A stretch of DNA of 60,053 bases, counting the filler. It is 3 parts of 3 records of this genome, joined end to end, with 100 filler letters (N's around TTAATTAATTAA, not from the genome) between each part and the next. Parts side by side here need not be neighbours in the genome. Positions count along the whole stretch, not along the records: positions 51,220 to 60,053 come from SRR31156797_32704; 2 more parts are not named here. One strand, written 5' to 3'. Position 1 is the stretch's first letter. Each line of letters opens with the position of its first letter. The translations under genes and the position numbers were made by a program. Under the pieces are notes generated by a model. It did not search any database. It worked only from the letters and a program-made list of their open reading frames with translations, and was not told where the DNA came from. This document shows, in pieces, positions 57,403 to 60,053 of the stretch.

Positions 57403-59317
57403 CTCCATTGTAAAAAATTTTGGAGAAAGGGTCGTTCTTGATAACATCTCAGTAACTGCCAACCCAGGTGTTACTGCGCTTGTCGGGCTTAATGGAAGTG
57501 GTAAAACAACTCTTTTTGATATTATTTCTGGTGACACATACGCGGATGATGGATCTGTCATTTTTCCGGGCAACAGCTCAATCATGTACCTTAAACAAAA
57601 TGCCGCTTATAATTTTGAATCAAGTGTTATTTCTGAAATAAAGGTGTCTAGTAAGTTAAAAAAAGAACTTAAAGAGCTTCATTCATTAGAAAAGCGTCTT
57701 TTAACAAAAATAGAAGCATCTCAAACTGATGGAGCAGAGCTTGAAGACCTGCTCACAGTTCAGGAAAAGATAAACGATATTGAGATAAGCATTAAAAAAC
57801 AGCCATCGCCTCAAAGCATATTAAAAAACCTTGGTTTTAGTGAAGAACAGTTCGAGACTCCTGCAGCTAATCTTTCGGGTGGATGGCAGATGAGACTCGC
57901 TCTTGCATCTCTAATTTCAGAAAATCCGGACATTGCCCTAATAGATGAACCCACAAACTATCTTGATCTAGACAGCATTAGATATTTCTCAAAATGGTTA
58001 AAGAACTATCAGGGTACCGCACTTGTAGTTTCGCATGATAGATATTTTTTAAACTCTGTTTCAAACGAGGTTTGGGAACTTTTTAATGGAAAACTCACAA
58101 GCTATAAAGGGAACTATGATAAGTATGTTGTTTTAAGAGATAGTAATCATGAATTACTAAGAAAAACTCGTAAAAAACAACTCGCTGAAATAAGGGAACT
58201 ACAAATATTTATAGACAAAAATAGGACTAACGCCGCAACTGCCGCAAGAGCTCAGTCAAGGATAAAACTTCTAAATAAGCTTGAAAGTGAGTTAATAACA
58301 CTTCCCCCATCTATTCCTGAAATGAAAATTGACTTTCCTATCCCCGAAAGAAGTGGTAAAATTGCTGTCACACTTGAAAATATCACACACTATTTTGGAG
58401 ACCTACAACTTTTTGATGATTTTTCCTCAATAATAGAAAGTAAAAGAAAGATTGCAGTAACGGGTCGTAATGGTTTTGGTAAATCAACACTTTTAAACAT
58501 CATTACAGAAAAGCTCATCCCTTCAAAAGGAAAGGTTTCTCATGGTGCTAACCTTGATATTTCATATTTTAAACAGGACCAGATAAAAGATCTTCCGTTT
58601 GATATGACTATCAAAGAATATATGGAAAGTATCACTCCCCTCTCTCACTTTCATAAAATAAACGCTATTCTCGCGGCTTTTATGTTCTTTCAAGACTCCT
58701 GGGATAAAACTATAAAGATCTTAAGTGGTGGAGAAAAAGTCAGACTAGCATTTATTCATCTTATTTTAAATGCCGGAAACCTTATAATTCTTGATGAACC
58801 TACTACGCATCTGGATATTAATTCCAGAGATGTTTTGATTACAGCATTAAAAAAACTGGATTCTACTCTTATCTTTGTTTCTCATGACACATATTTTACA
58901 GACTCTCTTGCCGATACTGTCCTTTATTTTTCTTCAACAAAGAAAATTGAAAAATTTGATGGAAACCTTTCAGAGTTCTTTGATCACCAACCTGAAAATG
59001 ACATAGAAAAAGATATTAAAGCTCAAACTTCAAATTCCAAGCCATTTCAAGATAGTAGTAATTTTATAGACTATGAACTTATGAAAAAAAATCGTAACAG
59101 ATTAAAACTTCTTGAAAGAAAGGTGTCAGATCTGGAAAAAGATATTGAAGAGGCAGAGATAAAAAGGGAAGAACTGATAGAAAAATTAAGCTCTGAGACA
59201 GCTGATTTCTCTAAACTTGGAATTAAACTTAAAAATATAGAGATTTTTCTTGAAAAACTAGTCAATGATTGGGACAATGCTCTAGAAGAAATTGAGGTAA
59301 TAAAAAATGTGGAATAG
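57389..59317 (+). CDS. ABC-F family ATP-binding protein with C-terminal coiled coil (YheS/Uup-like)
   Basis: Two ABC cassettes (G.NGSGKT/LSGGWQMR/DEPTNYLD and G.NG.GKST/LSGGEK/DEPT.HLD); no TM segments. Confidence 0.93.
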   Translation: MIRINSIVKNFGERVVLDNISVTANPGVTALVGLNGSGKTTLFDIISGDTYADDGSVIFPGNSSIMYLKQNAAYNFESSVISEIKVSSKLKKELKELHSLEKRLLTKIEASQTDGAELEDLLTVQEKINDIEISIKKQPSPQSILKNLGFSEEQFETPAANLSGGWQMRLALASLISENPDIALIDEPTNYLDLDSIRYFSKWLKNYQGTALVVSHDRYFLNSVSNEVWELFNGKLTSYKGNYDKYVVLRDSNHELLRKTRKKQLAEIRELQIFIDKNRTNAATAARAQSRIKLLNKLESELITLPPSIPEMKIDFPIPERSGKIAVTLENITHYFGDLQLFDDFSSIIESKRKIAVTGRNGFGKSTLLNIITEKLIPSKGKVSHGANLDISYFKQDQIKDLPFDMTIKEYMESITPLSHFHKINAILAAFMFFQDSWDKTIKILSGGEKVRLAFIHLILNAGNLIILDEPTTHLDINSRDVLITALKKLDSTLIFVSHDTYFTDSLADTVLYFSSTKKIEKFDGNLSEFFDHQPENDIEKDIKAQTSNSKPFQDSSNFIDYELMKKNRNRLKLLERKVSDLEKDIEEAEIKREELIEKLSSETADFSKLGIKLKNIEIFLEKLVNDWDNALEEIEVIKNVE

Positions 59318-60053
59318 GATCGTTGATGAACTAAAAAAGACCAACAAGGAAGGTATAATAAAGGCTTTTATTAAACCACTTTTTCCTGTCAGCGAGTCTA
59401 GAGATGAAATAATCGTCGGATGTCCCAGTGAACAAATAGTAAATATTCTCAAAAAAAATGGATGGGTTGAGAAAATTCAGGATCTGGCAACTCACCTTTT
59501 TGATGAAACGACAAAAGTTAAGTTTGAAATAAAAGTTGTAGAAACAGATGATGATATTCAATCTGAGCTTCCTTTTATGAGAGAATATGAAAAAGATGAA
59601 AAGTTGACTGATAAAAGAAAAATATCTAGAGAATATACCTTTGATAATTTTGTTTCAGGTCCTTCAAATCAGACAGTTTATGCTGCATCTCAAGGTATCG
59701 CTAAAAATCCCGGTATAAACTACAATCCTTTTTTCGTCTATGGTGATTCAGGTCTGGGAAAAACTCATATCATCCAGGCTATTGGAAACTATACAATAGA
59801 TACAAAAGGAAAGTCTGTATACTACACTTCTTCAAAAGGACTTATAACTGACTATGTTGCAGCGCTATCATCAAATTCTATTACTAAATTCAGAACAGAC
59901 ATTCTCAAACACGATGTACTTCTTGTAGATGATATTCAGTTTCTTTCTAAACGTCATGGTACTCAGGAAGAGTTCTTTTTTCTTTTTAATTCATTCTATG
60001 AAGCCGGTAAACAGATAGTTCTTACTTCTGATAGATATATATCTGAGATAAAG
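59307..60053 (+). CDS. dnaA: Chromosomal replication initiator DnaA (runs off window; not in ORF track)
   Basis: YTFDNFVSGPSN, YNPFFVYGDSGLGKTH, DVLLVDDIQFL, TQEEFF, KQIVLTSDR; ATG overlaps the ABC-F 3' end by 11 nt. Confidence 0.95.
   Translation, partial: MWNRIVDELKKTNKEGIIKAFIKPLFPVSESRDEIIVGCPSEQIVNILKKNGWVEKIQDLATHLFDETTKVKFEIKVVETDDDIQSELPFMREYEKDEKLTDKRKISREYTFDNFVSGPSNQTVYAASQGIAKNPGINYNPFFVYGDSGLGKTHIIQAIGNYTIDTKGKSVYYTSSKGLITDYVAALSSNSITKFRTDILKHDVLLVDDIQFLSKRHGTQEEFFFLFNSFYEAGKQIVLTSDRYISEIK

Noticed and set aside
1-60053. CRISPR arrays, tRNA or rRNA genes, invertible tail-fibre cassette, mom-like gene
   Set aside because: I saw no spaced direct repeats, recognisable structural RNA genes, invertase or mom homologue by eye; the phage right end lies outside the window.

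Overview
The window is three separate contigs joined by 100-nt artificial spacers (N44-TTAATTAATTAA-N44 at 29222-29321 and 51120-51219), so nothing should be inferred across the junctions. (1) 1-29221 is a nearly complete Mu-like transposable prophage read mostly on the minus strand: repressor, transposase A/B, Gam-like, GemA, Mor, M15 endolysin, Mu-type head genes, and a sheath-less tail with a 1656-aa tape measure. Two recoding signals are missing from the ORF track. One is a C_CCA_AAC -1 frameshift in the tail chaperone. The other is an A9 run near the end of the repressor that opens into a start-less ~120-codon PAS-like frame. (2) 29322-51119 is a Desulfovibrio-like region. It holds a xanthine-dehydrogenase-family Mo hydroxylase with non-canonical motifs, co-located with yqeB/yqeC, MocA-like, MoeA-like, XdhC and a BCCT transporter with an altered aromatic box. 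It also holds a heme-c sensor kinase and sigma54 activator pair, divergent from a sigma54-promoter operon (YeiH-type exporter, unlisted 54-aa membrane peptide, USP, two membrane proteins, kinase-USP fusion). (3) 51220-60053 is an AT-rich, origin-proximal housekeeping region (mnmE, mnmG, rsmG with a parS site, purE, TsaC, methyltransferase, ABC-F), ending in a dnaA that overlaps the upstream gene. Family assignments come from recalled motifs and gene order; no database searches were run.
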